A stretch of 64,000 nucleotides of DNA from an uncultured Chloroflexia bacterium (lineage in GTDB: Bacteria; Chloroflexota; Chloroflexia; QHBQ01; JADMIH01): assembly GCA_963797095.1 (NCBI GenBank), contig CAWCNY010000003.1, forward strand, positions 32,001 through 96,000. Reading direction: 5' to 3'. Positions 10,913-21,591 of the stretch are shown here, one piece after another. Numbering within the stretch: the first letter of the stretch is position 1; each line of letters opens with the position of its first letter. Position numbers and translations under genes: made by a program. The notes under the pieces are model-generated. The model was not told the DNA's origin, ran no database searches, and saw nothing but the letters and a program-made list of their open reading frames with translations.

Positions 10913-11345
10913 TAGGTTCGTATTCGGTGGGCAGGGCTTTGTCAAAGTCGGGAGGGCGGGGAAAGAACAAGGTGCAAGGCGCGACAAACGTTGGCGTCAT
11001 AGTGGCGCAAGGCTCGGGCAATGCTGCTCCAGCCACTAACACGTCGAAGGCCCGTGAGTACCGATGAAACAAAATGTCAAGACCTCGAGAGAGATAATTC
11101 GAATCGAACCGTCTTTGGAGGGATAGGTTGCCCCACGGCTGGGCTATGCAGCCCGCTTACGACTTCATATTAGGGGTAAAGAGGTGTTTCTGCTAATGTA
11201 AAAGGGAGCCATTCGATGAAATCTTGACAGTCAAAAAGGGAGCCACTTAGCTCTCTCTTTGCTATCGTTGGGACAAGGCAAAGATGTTGCCTTTCGGTTA
11301 CTCGGCTAGACCGTTAGACCGCAAACGATACGATAGCAAAGAGAG

Positions 11346-13040
11346 GTGGAGATGATTACCGTGGAACAACACGAAGCCATCCGCCGCGCCTTCTACCTCG
11401 AACACAAGAGTGTCAGGCAGATCGCACGAGAACAAAGGCACTCCCGCAAGACTGTTGACAAAGCCATTGCCCAAGCCCAAGCCCAGGCTCAGGACCCATC
11501 CCAGTCCCAATTCTACCAACCGTACCCTTACCCAACTTACCGGCGCACCAAACCTAGACCCGCTCCGGTGTTCGGCTCTTTCCAGACCCGTGTCGACGAA
11601 CTCCTACAGCAAAACGACCGTCTCCCACGCAAACAACGCTACACCGCTCGCAAGATCTTTGAACTTTTGGTCAAGGAAGGCTACCAGGGTAGCGAGTCTC
11701 GCGTGCGATTGCACGTGAGCAGATATCGCAAAGCCCATCACGCACCACCCCTGTTCATACCACTAGAGTTCGAGCCTGGGAAGGACGCCCAGGTTGACTG
11801 GGGTGAAGCTGTTGCCGTCATCGGTGGCGAGCGCCAAACCGTGCAGTTGTTCATCATGCGTCTGAACTACTCAAGGCGATCCTTCGTGATGGCCTACCCC
11901 TCGCAGAAACAAGAAGCCTTCTTTGCCGGTCATGTGGCAGCTTTCCAGCACTTTGGTGGAGTTCCCCAACGTATCAGCTACGACAACCTGGCCTCGGCGG
12001 TGGATCCGGTTGCCTCTTTCAGCTCGGTGCGCCTCCTGATCGAAGGACGAGTACGACGAGAGCAGAGAGCATTCGTAGCCTTTCGTAGTCATTACCTGTT
12101 CGAGAGCCACTTCTGCACGCCTGGACAAGGGCATGAGAAGGGAGGTGTTGAACACAGCGTAGGGTTTAGCCGCCGCAACTTCCTGGTACCTATCCCAGAT
12201 GTGGCCTCATTTGAAGCATTGAACATCTTTCTTCTGAGCGAGTGCCTGCGAGATGATCAGCGCCGGGTTGCGCGCCAACCCACCACCATCAAAGAAGCCT
12301 GGGAGCAGGAGCTACCTCATCTGCGTCCTCTACCTTCCTACCAATATGAATGTTGCGTGACGAGCACGGCACATCTCACTCCATACAGCCAGGTGATCTT
12401 TGAGACCAATCGCTACTCGGTGCCCGTCGAGAGAGCAAGGCGAGAAGTGATCGTCAAGGCTTACCCTTTCCATGTGGACATATTCGACCCCAATCCCAAC
12501 CCCAATCCCAACGATGGCCAGCCACGTAATCAATCGCATGACCAGCCCGGCCGCTCCGGCCTACCAGGATTGCTTGCCCGTCATCCCCGCTGCTACGAGC
12601 GAGAGCAGGATATCTTCGAGCCACTGCATTACCTGCCTTTGCTCGCTCAGCGGCCAGGGGCATTCGATTATGCCAAACCATTGCGCCGGTGGCGAGCCAA
12701 ATGGCCACCTACATATGAGAAGGCGTTGGAACTGTTACGGGAGAAGTGGCCGGAAGGCAGAGGAGTGAAGGAGTTTGTCCGCATCTTGCAACTTCATCAG
12801 GATTATCCCGCTGTGCTTGTGGAGCGAGCAGTTGGGCAGGCTCTTTCGTATGGGTGTGTTCATTTTGATGGAGTTACCCATTGTTTGAGGCAACTCACCA
12901 CGCCTGAAACAGAGCTGACCATGCTTGCAGGTCTTGATCTGGTAGGGCTGGCCGATCACCCACACCTGCAAGCCATTGGCAAAATCGGCAGCCAGCCCAT
13001 CGACTTACGTCGTTATGAGCAACTGCTTCAAGGAGGATGA
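11346..13040 (+). CDS. istA: IS21 transposase IstA
   Basis: N-terminal HTH and DDE motifs AQVDW, YDNL, EKGGVE. Confidence 0.95.
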   Translation: MEMITVEQHEAIRRAFYLEHKSVRQIAREQRHSRKTVDKAIAQAQAQAQDPSQSQFYQPYPYPTYRRTKPRPAPVFGSFQTRVDELLQQNDRLPRKQRYTARKIFELLVKEGYQGSESRVRLHVSRYRKAHHAPPLFIPLEFEPGKDAQVDWGEAVAVIGGERQTVQLFIMRLNYSRRSFVMAYPSQKQEAFFAGHVAAFQHFGGVPQRISYDNLASAVDPVASFSSVRLLIEGRVRREQRAFVAFRSHYLFESHFCTPGQGHEKGGVEHSVGFSRRNFLVPIPDVASFEALNIFLLSECLRDDQRRVARQPTTIKEAWEQELPHLRPLPSYQYECCVTSTAHLTPYSQVIFETNRYSVPVERARREVIVKAYPFHVDIFDPNPNPNPNDGQPRNQSHDQPGRSGLPGLLARHPRCYEREQDIFEPLHYLPLLAQRPGAFDYAKPLRRWRAKWPPTYEKALELLREKWPEGRGVKEFVRILQLHQDYPAVLVERAVGQALSYGCVHFDGVTHCLRQLTTPETELTMLAGLDLVGLADHPHLQAIGKIGSQPIDLRRYEQLLQGG

Positions 13041-13041
13041 A

Positions 13042-14151
13042 TTGGAGAAAGAGAGGGAGAGAACGGAGAGGACGCAGACCGTGAACACGGCGAATACGAA
13101 CACGGTAAAGCCAGCAAGGGCAGCAAGGGCGACAGAACATCACATGTTGCTGGAAAGCTATCTACGCCAGTTACGATTGCCCAGCTTCGTGCAACACTAC
13201 CAGAAGTTGGCTCAAGATGCCGCACAGACCAACCTCAGCTATGAACGTTTTCTGTTAGCTCTGGCTGAAGGAGAGGTAGGCCAACGAGAAGTGCATCGAG
13301 TGGAACGCTCTATCGCCTCCGCCAAATTCCCGGTGCTCAAAGAGCTTGCTGACTTCGATTTCAGTGTCGTGCAGGGTTTAGCCAAGACGAGGGTACTTGA
13401 ACTGGCTCAGGGTGGGTACATTCAGAGGGCAGAGCCGATCCTTTTGGTTGGCAATCCAGGGCTTGGCAAGACCCATATTGCCACAAGTCTTGCCCTTGCG
13501 GCTTGCCGTCAGGGCCATCATGTGCGCTTCTACAACGTAGCAGGCTTAATCAATGATATGATCCAGGCACAACAGGAGCTGCGATTGTCCCGTTTCATGA
13601 CACAGATGTGCAAGCAGCAGGTGATTGTGCTGGACGAGCTAGGCTTCATACCATTTACAGCGGCGGGTGCGCAGTTGCTCTTCCAGTTCTGTTCGACCCT
13701 TTACGAGAGAGTGGCAATCATCATAACTACGAACCTGCGATTTGGAGATTGGAACAGTGTGTTAGGAGATGAGCGAATGACGGCTGCACTTTTGGACCGG
13801 CTCACGCACAAAGCACACATTCTGGAGTTTGTTGGAGAGTCGTTTCGTTTTCGCCAGCGTCTTCAACAGCAACAGGTGCAGGGGCAGGGGCAGGGGCGAA
13901 GTGAAAGAACAGGTGATGGTGCGAACGGGAATTTCGGGTACGGTTCTATTCAGAGTCTGGAGAGCCGAGAGATGGAAGGAGGGGAGGAAGACGAGGGGGC
14001 AGAAGCGGGGAGATCGGGGAGAGCGGGGAGAGCGGGGAGAGCGGGGAGACAGAGGAAGCAGAACCGGCGCAAATGGCAAGCATCGCTGATCGGCCTTAGT
14101 TTTTTCGCAAAATTGACCTCAAAATGGCCGAAATTAAGTCATGACCTCTAA
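13042..14151 (+). CDS. istB: IS21 helper ATPase IstB with a low-complexity C-terminal extension
   Basis: GNPGLGKT, VLDELG, ALLDRLTH, GESFR. Start is uncertain; TTG at 13042 follows AGGAGG. Confidence 0.92.
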   Translation: MEKERERTERTQTVNTANTNTVKPARAARATEHHMLLESYLRQLRLPSFVQHYQKLAQDAAQTNLSYERFLLALAEGEVGQREVHRVERSIASAKFPVLKELADFDFSVVQGLAKTRVLELAQGGYIQRAEPILLVGNPGLGKTHIATSLALAACRQGHHVRFYNVAGLINDMIQAQQELRLSRFMTQMCKQQVIVLDELGFIPFTAAGAQLLFQFCSTLYERVAIIITTNLRFGDWNSVLGDERMTAALLDRLTHKAHILEFVGESFRFRQRLQQQQVQGQGQGRSERTGDGANGNFGYGSIQSLESREMEGGEEDEGAEAGRSGRAGRAGRAGRQRKQNRRKWQASLIGLSFFAKLTSKWPKLSHDL

Positions 14152-14464
14152 CTCCAGCTCTAACCCAAGCGCACTCCCAGCTAGCGAACCTGCCGTCGAA
14201 CCGCCCTCGAAGGTGGTAACGACCTGCCGGGGCTACACACGAACCCTCCACGCTCAACTCGTTTCGTTCCGTTGCGAGTGGTGCAGCGAGGAGCGAGAGG
14301 TGTGGCAGTATCCAGGGGCAGCTCCGCGTTACTGCGATGGTTGCCGAAGGGAAGCCCAAAGGGCGATGAACACGGCGCGCCAGCGGGAGAAGCGCAAGCG
14401 AGACACTAGCCCCTACGGATGGCGACCACGGGTAGGACGGCCTCGCAAGCCTTGGAATCGGTGA
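14141..14464 (+). CDS. Small Zn-ribbon protein with a basic AT-hook-like tail (IS passenger)
   Basis: CEWC...CDGC and a C-terminal GRPRK. Overlaps the istB stop codon. Confidence 0.65.
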   Translation: MTSNSSSNPSALPASEPAVEPPSKVVTTCRGYTRTLHAQLVSFRCEWCSEEREVWQYPGAAPRYCDGCRREAQRAMNTARQREKRKRDTSPYGWRPRVGRPRKPWNR

Positions 14465-14566
14465 ACTGAGCGTATCCTAATTGGCACACCGAGCCTTATT
14501 GCGTCTGGGTAAATGAGCAGGATGGTCCCTGTGCCTACTCTTCCGATGCCAAATGGCTATAACCAT

Positions 14567-15103
14567 TCACTGTGATATCTCTAGCTTCAATATCACCGGA
14601 TCCGAGGGATCGCCGTCTATGTGGGCATACCAAATCTTGACTTGTAGCCCCTCTTTCATTGGCCCCCCAAGTGTACTTACATGGTGAAAGCCAAGGCTCT
14701 CGCTGTATTCGGAGTAACTAAACTGGACCCCTTGCACCCTAAAGCTCTCGGCCTTGCCACTGGCCGTACTGGTTAGGTCTATTACTTGCCCCTCAGCAAC
14801 CTGTGCCTGATTAGTGGCGAGCAAATCGCTGCCAGTATGATATGCGGAAAGCGTCGACGCAAAGAGGAAGATCGCAACGCACAAACCAGCACAGATCAGG
14901 GTTACAGATCCAGATATCCTTATGGCACTAGGTACCTTGGGTATGCGGCTGCGATTGACCAATATTCCAACACCGACGAACGCAACCGCCAGAGGGATTA
15001 TTACAACCCACCATGCAAACGATTGTTGCGAAGCGTCAAAGACCGTTCGATAAGCCACGACCGTGCTGCGGTCCATGTTGTTCCAAATGTCGACTAGAGT
15101 CAT
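14567..15103 (-). CDS. Hypothetical membrane protein (IS passenger)
   Basis: Two hydrophobic helices followed by a beta-rich domain. Lies inside the right IS end repeats. Confidence 0.7.
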   Translation of the reverse strand: MTLVDIWNNMDRSTVVAYRTVFDASQQSFAWWVVIIPLAVAFVGVGILVNRSRIPKVPSAIRISGSVTLICAGLCVAIFLFASTLSAYHTGSDLLATNQAQVAEGQVIDLTSTASGKAESFRVQGVQFSYSEYSESLGFHHVSTLGGPMKEGLQVKIWYAHIDGDPSDPVILKLEISQ

Positions 15104-15256
15104 GTCCGTGATGTCCCCACTAGACTTGCGATTTCCGTGTGGCCCCCTTTTCGATTATCAAATGGCTCCCTTTTTAATTATCAATATTTTCGTCGGGGAG
15201 GAGAAGTGGCTCCCTTTTTGGTTATCAAATGGCTCCCTTTTCTATTGACAAAAACA

Positions 15257-16335
15257 GCGTAGGAAGTACGAGTGGAACACAGAATACCCAAGTAGCTGCT
15301 ATGAACGTGCCCCAACAGGTAGGGCCAACAACGTCCGCGTTAGTGGGACCCAAGTTTGAGGCCACAAAACAGGCAATCCTTGACAACGACCAGAGGCGCA
15401 TGGATGCAGCAAAGACTCAGGTGGCCCAAAATACCCTGAACGATGTACCTACCCGAGTGCGTACTCCTCTGCCAACACCCAAGCCAAGGGATACCCCTGG
15501 CCCCGGGTTAGGAGAGTGTGCGGGAGGCGATAAGGTCTTCTCACTCAGCGGATGTTGGGGCGGTAGGCTCAATGATGAGTTCATCTATATCAATTCAGGA
15601 GCCCAATATAGCGACCGTTCGCAAGGCGCTATTCAAGTCTATACAACAACATTGTCTGGGAGGATAAAGTTGCCCATCATTACGTATAACTCTCCGCAGA
15701 AGGAGGGACCCCTCAAGATCGCTTATGTTTACATGCCTCGTGTGGCACTGATTGCTCCTCATGCGGATCGACCTACGACAATGTTTGTATTCAATCTACA
15801 GACAAGAGAATGGGAAACGGCAACAGAAAACCCTTGTCGGATATATCCTTTGGCATTTAGTGCTGAGACGTTCGATAAATTCCCTGTTGGGGAAATGAAG
15901 AAACAGGTGCCGCTCAATACTGCTGTTGGGGGCGGGAAGACAAATTCAGGAACAGCTGCCGCCAGTTTTGCCTGGCTAAGCTTTACACCCGATACCTCTG
16001 GCAGGAATAACAATCCAGGCCTGCCCGCTCCCGGCGGAAGTGGCACCTTCATGAATCCTGATAACCCGAATGATCACATTCTATCAACAGGCGACTGGAT
16101 ACAAGGGCGGCAGACCATAGGCGCTGATTCGTCTACAAGAAGCGCCTTCGATTTCTTGGAGGCGGGTGGATTCATCATACCGATGCCACTCTGGGATAGG
16201 GTTAGAGGCCAAGGCACGAACTTACAATACCATGTATCCGGGTTTGCATGGGTCTACATGGCGGATCATTCCGCCTTCCCACCGACCGACCTCTCGGTAA
16301 TGTACTGGGGGCAAGCTACATGCTTCGGCAAGTAA
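15257..16335 (+). pseudogene. 5'-truncated secreted protein; central domain homologous to 49044-49880, C-terminal Tad-like domain
   Basis: The ORF start lies inside the IS21 end and there is no signal peptide. Shared motifs CxGG..CW..G..D..QG.I.VY..TY.(S/T)P..G...FVF.L.T..W. Confidence 0.7.
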
Positions 16336-16553
16336 GAGCTAGACGTAGCAGCGAGCCACTTCTCCGTAATATCCTAAACTTGATCTTGCAAAGAGCAGTT
16401 TCCAATCCCGCCGTGCCTGTCAGATAACTTCTCATTCCTTGACATTGATTGACTGGTCAAATCCTGGCTACATCTATGTCCTATTTTCGCTCGTATCATG
16501 TTCATGGGCCTAATGCACTCGTATACAAAGCCAATAGACCAGTCTTCCCGTAG

Positions 16554-19500
16554 CTACGTCACGTTCCCATAGCTCACGAAATCGAGTGTCACAAGCGACT
16601 CACCTAAGCGGTGGCTATAACCGGTACCCACGACGTCAAGCTGTCTGCCATCCGCTAGCTGTAGACTGAGGGGTCTCTCACCTGGATCAGGAAAGTAGCT
16701 GTTAATCACAGCAGTACCATGCCAGGTGTGGCGCCGGAGATCAAACTCATCTACTTCGAGTGAAAGCACGTAACTTGCACCATATTGACTACCGTCAGCA
16801 AGAGTAAGGAATCCGGCTCCTTGCTCTATCTTACCCTCAAGGGAAGCCCATGGTTCCGGCCATTTCTCGGTGGCTTTTTTCCAGTTGTCCTTCAGATCGT
16901 CAATGGTTTGTCGCAGCCATTGACGAACATGTATCGGCCGCTCGGGCCTTAGTGCTTGTTGGAGTTGGTCGATTGTGCTGTCATCTCCCAAGTGAGCCAG
17001 AGCGCGGGCGTAACGCCAATTAGCAAGAACCGCCTCGTTGGTGCCTACACGAAGCAATCGATTGAGGTAGTTGGCTGCCCACGTCCGCTTACGACGCTCT
17101 TTTTTCGCAAGTGCAGCAGCGTCCCGCACCCTTGCGTCTCTATCGGTTGTGAGCTGCCTTTCGAGCGTGGGGACTAGAACTCATTGCGCGCAAGCCATCC
17201 ATATGCTTCAGCTGCCCGCTGGCGCCGCTGAACATCAGCCGAGCGGATGTATACATGGCACACCTCCGCCAGATCCTCAGATGAGAGTCGCAACAGAGCC
17301 CGATAAGCTGATCGGCGCACTGCATACTGGCTGTCACCAGCCAGCATCAGTAAGTGCCTAGTTGCTTTCTCTTTGACCAGTCTAGAGCTGTAAACGGCTT
17401 CCCCTAAGGCATCAGCAAGAGCAGCCCTGGAGTCGGGTATCCAATTGCTAACTTCGGTACTCCAGTCTTCTGACGCTAAGTCATCGGGCAGGATTCGGGC
17501 TAGCAGATCGAATATGCTCGTGTCAGCCATGCCGGCTCCCTGACGTATGCGAGTCTGTGCTAAGATGGCGGCCCGCAGTCTATCCGATACAGGAGGTTTA
17601 TCTGCCCCCGAGTGAGCGAATGCTATCGCCGACAAAAGTTCCCGAGCCTTGAACCATTCCCGCGGGCCGTAACTTTCTAACAGATATACGATCACATCTT
17701 GAAGACCATAGGGATCTAGGGTGTAAAGGAGACCAACTAGTCGGGACCACTCTTCAAATCGAGGGGGATTTGAGACGAGCCGATAGCCCTCTTCTGTTCG
17801 CTCCAGCCCAAGCGCATTTCGAAGGAGTTCGTCCCTACCCTCAAGGAGATGCTTGTGGGCCAGTAATCCAAGAGATCTTCTGCCGAGATCTGTCTGTGGC
17901 TCGGCTGCCCAACCTTGTATCCGATTCACAACTCGCTCGCTAGGCTTGTAGCCAGAAACGTAGCCAAGAATAGCGACAACAGTGCTAAGCTCATATTCGG
18001 GGACGCTCTCGTGGAAAAGCAAGGCTTCCAACTCAAGAAAACCATCGCCCGTAAGCAGGTCATCGAGACTCAGTCGCTCAAGGGCACCAATGGCCGCAGT
18101 ACGATGCCTCGGCGCAGGTGGGTCACAGGCGACCTCAACAAGTCTTTGCTCAATTGTTCTATCACCTGTCCGGATCAGAGATGCGGCCACATCAGCCAAC
18201 GCATCCGCCGAGTCTCGCAGTACCTGCCCATCAACTTCCAGACCGAAGTTCAGAAGGGTCTCGAACGAGTCCCGGCTCTCGGCGCTGGCCATAACCTGCA
18301 TGGCTGAGATTCGCAGGGTGAGTTGGGCATCGCGCTGGATCCCTTCCAATTGCTTGTCAGTATCTAGATGCTCCCGCACCCACCGCGTAAGGGTATCAGG
18401 TATAGGATCCAAGCGGAAACAAGCGAGGCGGTCGAGTATCTTTGCCTGATCAAAGGGGCTCGTTTCGTTCTCCACACCCGATCTGAACCACTCGAGACTG
18501 AGCGCCTCTTGAGATCCAGCCGTGAGGGCAATCTCCCAGGCAGCTTCCTTTTGGAATGCTTCCTCGGTATGTGCAAGGACAAGAATCTTAGTGTCTAAGA
18601 AAGCATCTTCTCGGACAAGTGTGAGAGCAGCGGGCGGTAAGCCTTGACCCCAGCCCTTTAGCTGAAGAGGACGGATAGAGTCAATTAGTCGAGAGTAGAG
18701 CAAGTAGCGAAGCCTCATATTCGTGCTAGTGTCCGAGCCAGTAAGCCATTGAAGGACATCAGGGACTACTCGCTGAGAATTGCACAGAGGTATCACATCA
18801 CTGCCCAAATAGAGGTCCAATTCGTACTCTTCCGACTGCCCGCGCCACAATTCCGCCAGTCGCGACCAGATTGTGTCTTGAAGTGTCTTCTGTCGATCGT
18901 GCTTGTCCGCTACAGAGGTTAGTATCCGTAGTGCATACGATCGGTCAAAACGTTCTATTCCCTTAACCACCGCATCAGACGAGAGCCAACTTTGATAGAC
19001 CACATCCAAGCTCGCTGGACTTCCAAGTAAGCGCAGGGCTTGGTTCAGCGGGAGACTCCAGTGATCTCTGGTCCTTGTGTGTAGAGAGCGTAACAGCCAG
19101 GGATGAGCCCTGGTGGAGGTGCCAAGGTCAGCCAACGCCAGCAGGGCCAGGTCCCCTAGCTCATCCGGATTTTTGCGGGCAATAGAGCGAAGAACAGCTG
19201 GTAGGTCCTCGCGACGATAGCCGATTTGGATGATTGTCCAGATGGCATTTCGTGGATCTGAAGAGGCAACCCGTTGGATCAACTCATCGAGAACGTGGTT
19301 GCGAAGGCTGGTTCGCTCAGGCTCCTGGTACTGTTCTATCCACTTGACCAGGTCCTCCCGAAGGTAATGTAGGAAGTGCCGTTGGCCCACGGGAAGATCA
19401 CGCTGCTCCAGCTCCGGAAGCATGGCGTCCAAAATGAACGACTGTGCAGCCGCAGGGTCGTCCACTGTTGCATCCCTGAGCATGCGGAAGCTGTCAATCA

Positions 19501-19651
19501 GAAGGTAGAACGCATCACGAGCTATTCTCTCATCCTGGTCCCTCATCAATGCCCTTACAGAAGGCAGCAAATCCTTGATCTGCTCAGGGCTGCTACTGCT
19601 GCTGTTCAGCACGGACCTGAGTTCTGCGTATATTCTAGGGCTATCTTTCAT
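16554..19651 (-). pseudogene. HEAT/ARM-repeat protein of about 1030 aa, split by a 1-nt frameshift near 17180
   Basis: Helical repeats (DSQYAVRRSA, ADVQRRQRAAEA). After WLARNE an alternative frame continues VLVPTLERQLTTDRDARVRDAA into ORF 16554-17129. Could be a sequencing error. Confidence 0.7.
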
Positions 19652-19656
19652 AATTA

Positions 19657-21591
19657 CTATTCTCTATCGGGCTGATATAGTGACGCAAGATAATCTTCGA
19701 CAAAGATATGCCGCCAACGCCAGTTCTGCCCTTCGACCGAAATAAGGCCAGCGGACTGCGCCTCATTATAGAGACGATTCGCTTGTGCAGGGCCTATTTG
19801 GGCTGCGGCGTGCTCCCGCCAGAGAGCGGAAGGGTATCTGGTTGGGTTCTGTCCGTGCGTGGCATGGGCGATCTGGGGGAGCACGTGTCTTAGGTCGTTC
19901 GAGTTGAAAGGATTGGCATGTGTGCTCGACGTGGCTTTGTCATTAAACCAATCCACAAAGAAGCTACACATGTCATTCAGAGCGTCTGGATCGCCATCCA
20001 GGATACGATGCTGGACGTGAGTCTCACGAACAAGCGTAAACGCATGCCACATGGCTGGATGACAGAGAGCATTAAGGATATCAGGATGCACACTAGGCAC
20101 ATGAGGCTTATTCTCAAACCTCACAGTGGCCGTGACGCTACTGGAGGCGTCGCCCCCAGCAGTAGCAGACGATACAGTCTGCTTGATGCGAGCGGCGACA
20201 GCCGCGTCACAGGAGTCGGCAGCCAATGCTAGGTCCAGAGGCGAAAAATCACCTACGTCAATTATCTCCAGGCGCCTGTGGGAATCAGAGGGATGTTCCG
20301 CGCGCCCTGGCCAGGAGGCAATGACTGTCTCTTCACTACCAGGGCGACAGGTCGCAAGCAAAGCAACAGGTGTGGTCAATGAGTCATTTGGAGAGGCCGA
20401 GGCTTCGGCCCACGACCAGTGAAGAAGGCTTCGGAGTTCGCTTATCTGCTGAGGGTGCAGCGTATCGGAAGCGACATCATCAAGGCCGAGAGACATCATC
20501 GGATTCGGCATGGTGGGATTCGCCCTACGAAGTCGCAAGCACGCCTCGTTATTGCCCTCGTACCGCCGAGGATGAGAGGCACTAAGATGTGCTGCATCGG
20601 AAATAACTCTCGCGGGAAGATAAGGCCCAAATTCATCGGTGGGAATGACAGCGACTAGAGGACCTAAACCAGAGTGGGGGTAAGAATTGGCAATCTCTCG
20701 TCCCCACTGCCATAGCACTACCGTCTTACCACTCCCACCATGACCGCGAAGTATAATCACGCATGTGCCTCTAGCCCGGATCGCTCGGGTAATATCATCT
20801 AGGACTGAGCGCCTCACGGGCGAGGGAGGCACACGAAGCACTGACTTAATGGCATCGAGTTGCCTGCATGAAGACGTAGCTTGCGCCTCTGGCGTCAACT
20901 GCTGAGCGCCTCTATCGTTCGCAAACGCCAGATGCAGATCCTCGATCCGAACTAATGGGTCGCTAGCAGTGGCAGCCCGATCCACGAGACTACCAAGGAG
21001 GGTATGTATACCTGCAGCTATCTCTGGGTCGGAGCATCCAAGCCGCACAGCATACTCTTTCAAGGCGTCCTTCCAAGATCCAATTGACGGGCTTCCTACT
21101 TCGCTTCGTGGTAACTTACTGGCGACGCGCTTCTGGTCCGACGTAAGATTTGAGGCTTCAATATTGGCTAGTATATTTCGCGTCTGAAGGCTGTATGAGC
21201 GGTTTGTGACAATTAGATAGCGGGTTTGGTCACTATCGAAGCATCCGATGCGTCTGGCTCTGTCACGCATCTTGTTGAGGATCCGCTTGAACTCAGCAGG
21301 CTCAAGCGGCGAATCGGAAGGGGATCTTGAGAACTTATACTGGATGAGTACCCATTCGGAAGGAGCATTTTCCTGGGGAAGTTCGACTACTGCATCCTCA
21401 TCAAAGTACTCACTATAGAGCCTGTTGCTGAGGTCCTGAACGAGCGGGATAAGTTCAGCCAGGCGTCCGAGAAGGGTCGCGTCGGGCCGAGCGTCCTGGG
21501 CAAGGGCCTGAGTGCCTAATACTCCAAGGAACTGATACACATAGCCGGCGAGAGCTGTGCGGCCACCATCTCTTGTTGAAGCGTCGGTCAT
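19657..21591 (-). CDS. Cap4-like PD-(D/E)xK nuclease domain fused to a STAND/NACHT-like NTPase
   Basis: N-terminal GGRTALAGYVYQ...EYFDED...LIQYK, Walker A GHGGSGKT, Walker B-like LGLDD, and a C-terminal wHTH-like WRWRH. Confidence 0.7.
   Translation of the reverse strand: MTDASTRDGGRTALAGYVYQFLGVLGTQALAQDARPDATLLGRLAELIPLVQDLSNRLYSEYFDEDAVVELPQENAPSEWVLIQYKFSRSPSDSPLEPAEFKRILNKMRDRARRIGCFDSDQTRYLIVTNRSYSLQTRNILANIEASNLTSDQKRVASKLPRSEVGSPSIGSWKDALKEYAVRLGCSDPEIAAGIHTLLGSLVDRAATASDPLVRIEDLHLAFANDRGAQQLTPEAQATSSCRQLDAIKSVLRVPPSPVRRSVLDDITRAIRARGTCVIILRGHGGSGKTVVLWQWGREIANSYPHSGLGPLVAVIPTDEFGPYLPARVISDAAHLSASHPRRYEGNNEACLRLRRANPTMPNPMMSLGLDDVASDTLHPQQISELRSLLHWSWAEASASPNDSLTTPVALLATCRPGSEETVIASWPGRAEHPSDSHRRLEIIDVGDFSPLDLALAADSCDAAVAARIKQTVSSATAGGDASSSVTATVRFENKPHVPSVHPDILNALCHPAMWHAFTLVRETHVQHRILDGDPDALNDMCSFFVDWFNDKATSSTHANPFNSNDLRHVLPQIAHATHGQNPTRYPSALWREHAAAQIGPAQANRLYNEAQSAGLISVEGQNWRWRHIFVEDYLASLYQPDRE

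Larger units (their letters stand above)
11185..15256 (+). mobile_element. IS21-family element with two passenger genes
   Basis: Left end TGTTTCTGCTAATGTAAAAGGGAGCCATTCGAT matches the reverse complement of the right end TGTTTTTGTCAATAGAAAAGGGAGCCATTTGAT. There are two AAAAGGGAGCCA motifs at left and four at right (15139-15250). No target duplication. Confidence 0.9.

Noticed and set aside
10930-11100. Possible IS-end remnants (GGGCTTTGTCAA, TGTCAAGACC)
   Set aside because: Too short, with no partner end or transposase.
15139-15250. Four TGGCTCCCTTTT-like repeats as a mini-CRISPR or novel array
   Set aside because: They are the internal repeats of the IS21 right end and match the left end.
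15229-15256. ATG start of the 368-aa ORF
   Set aside because: It lies within the IS21 terminal repeat.
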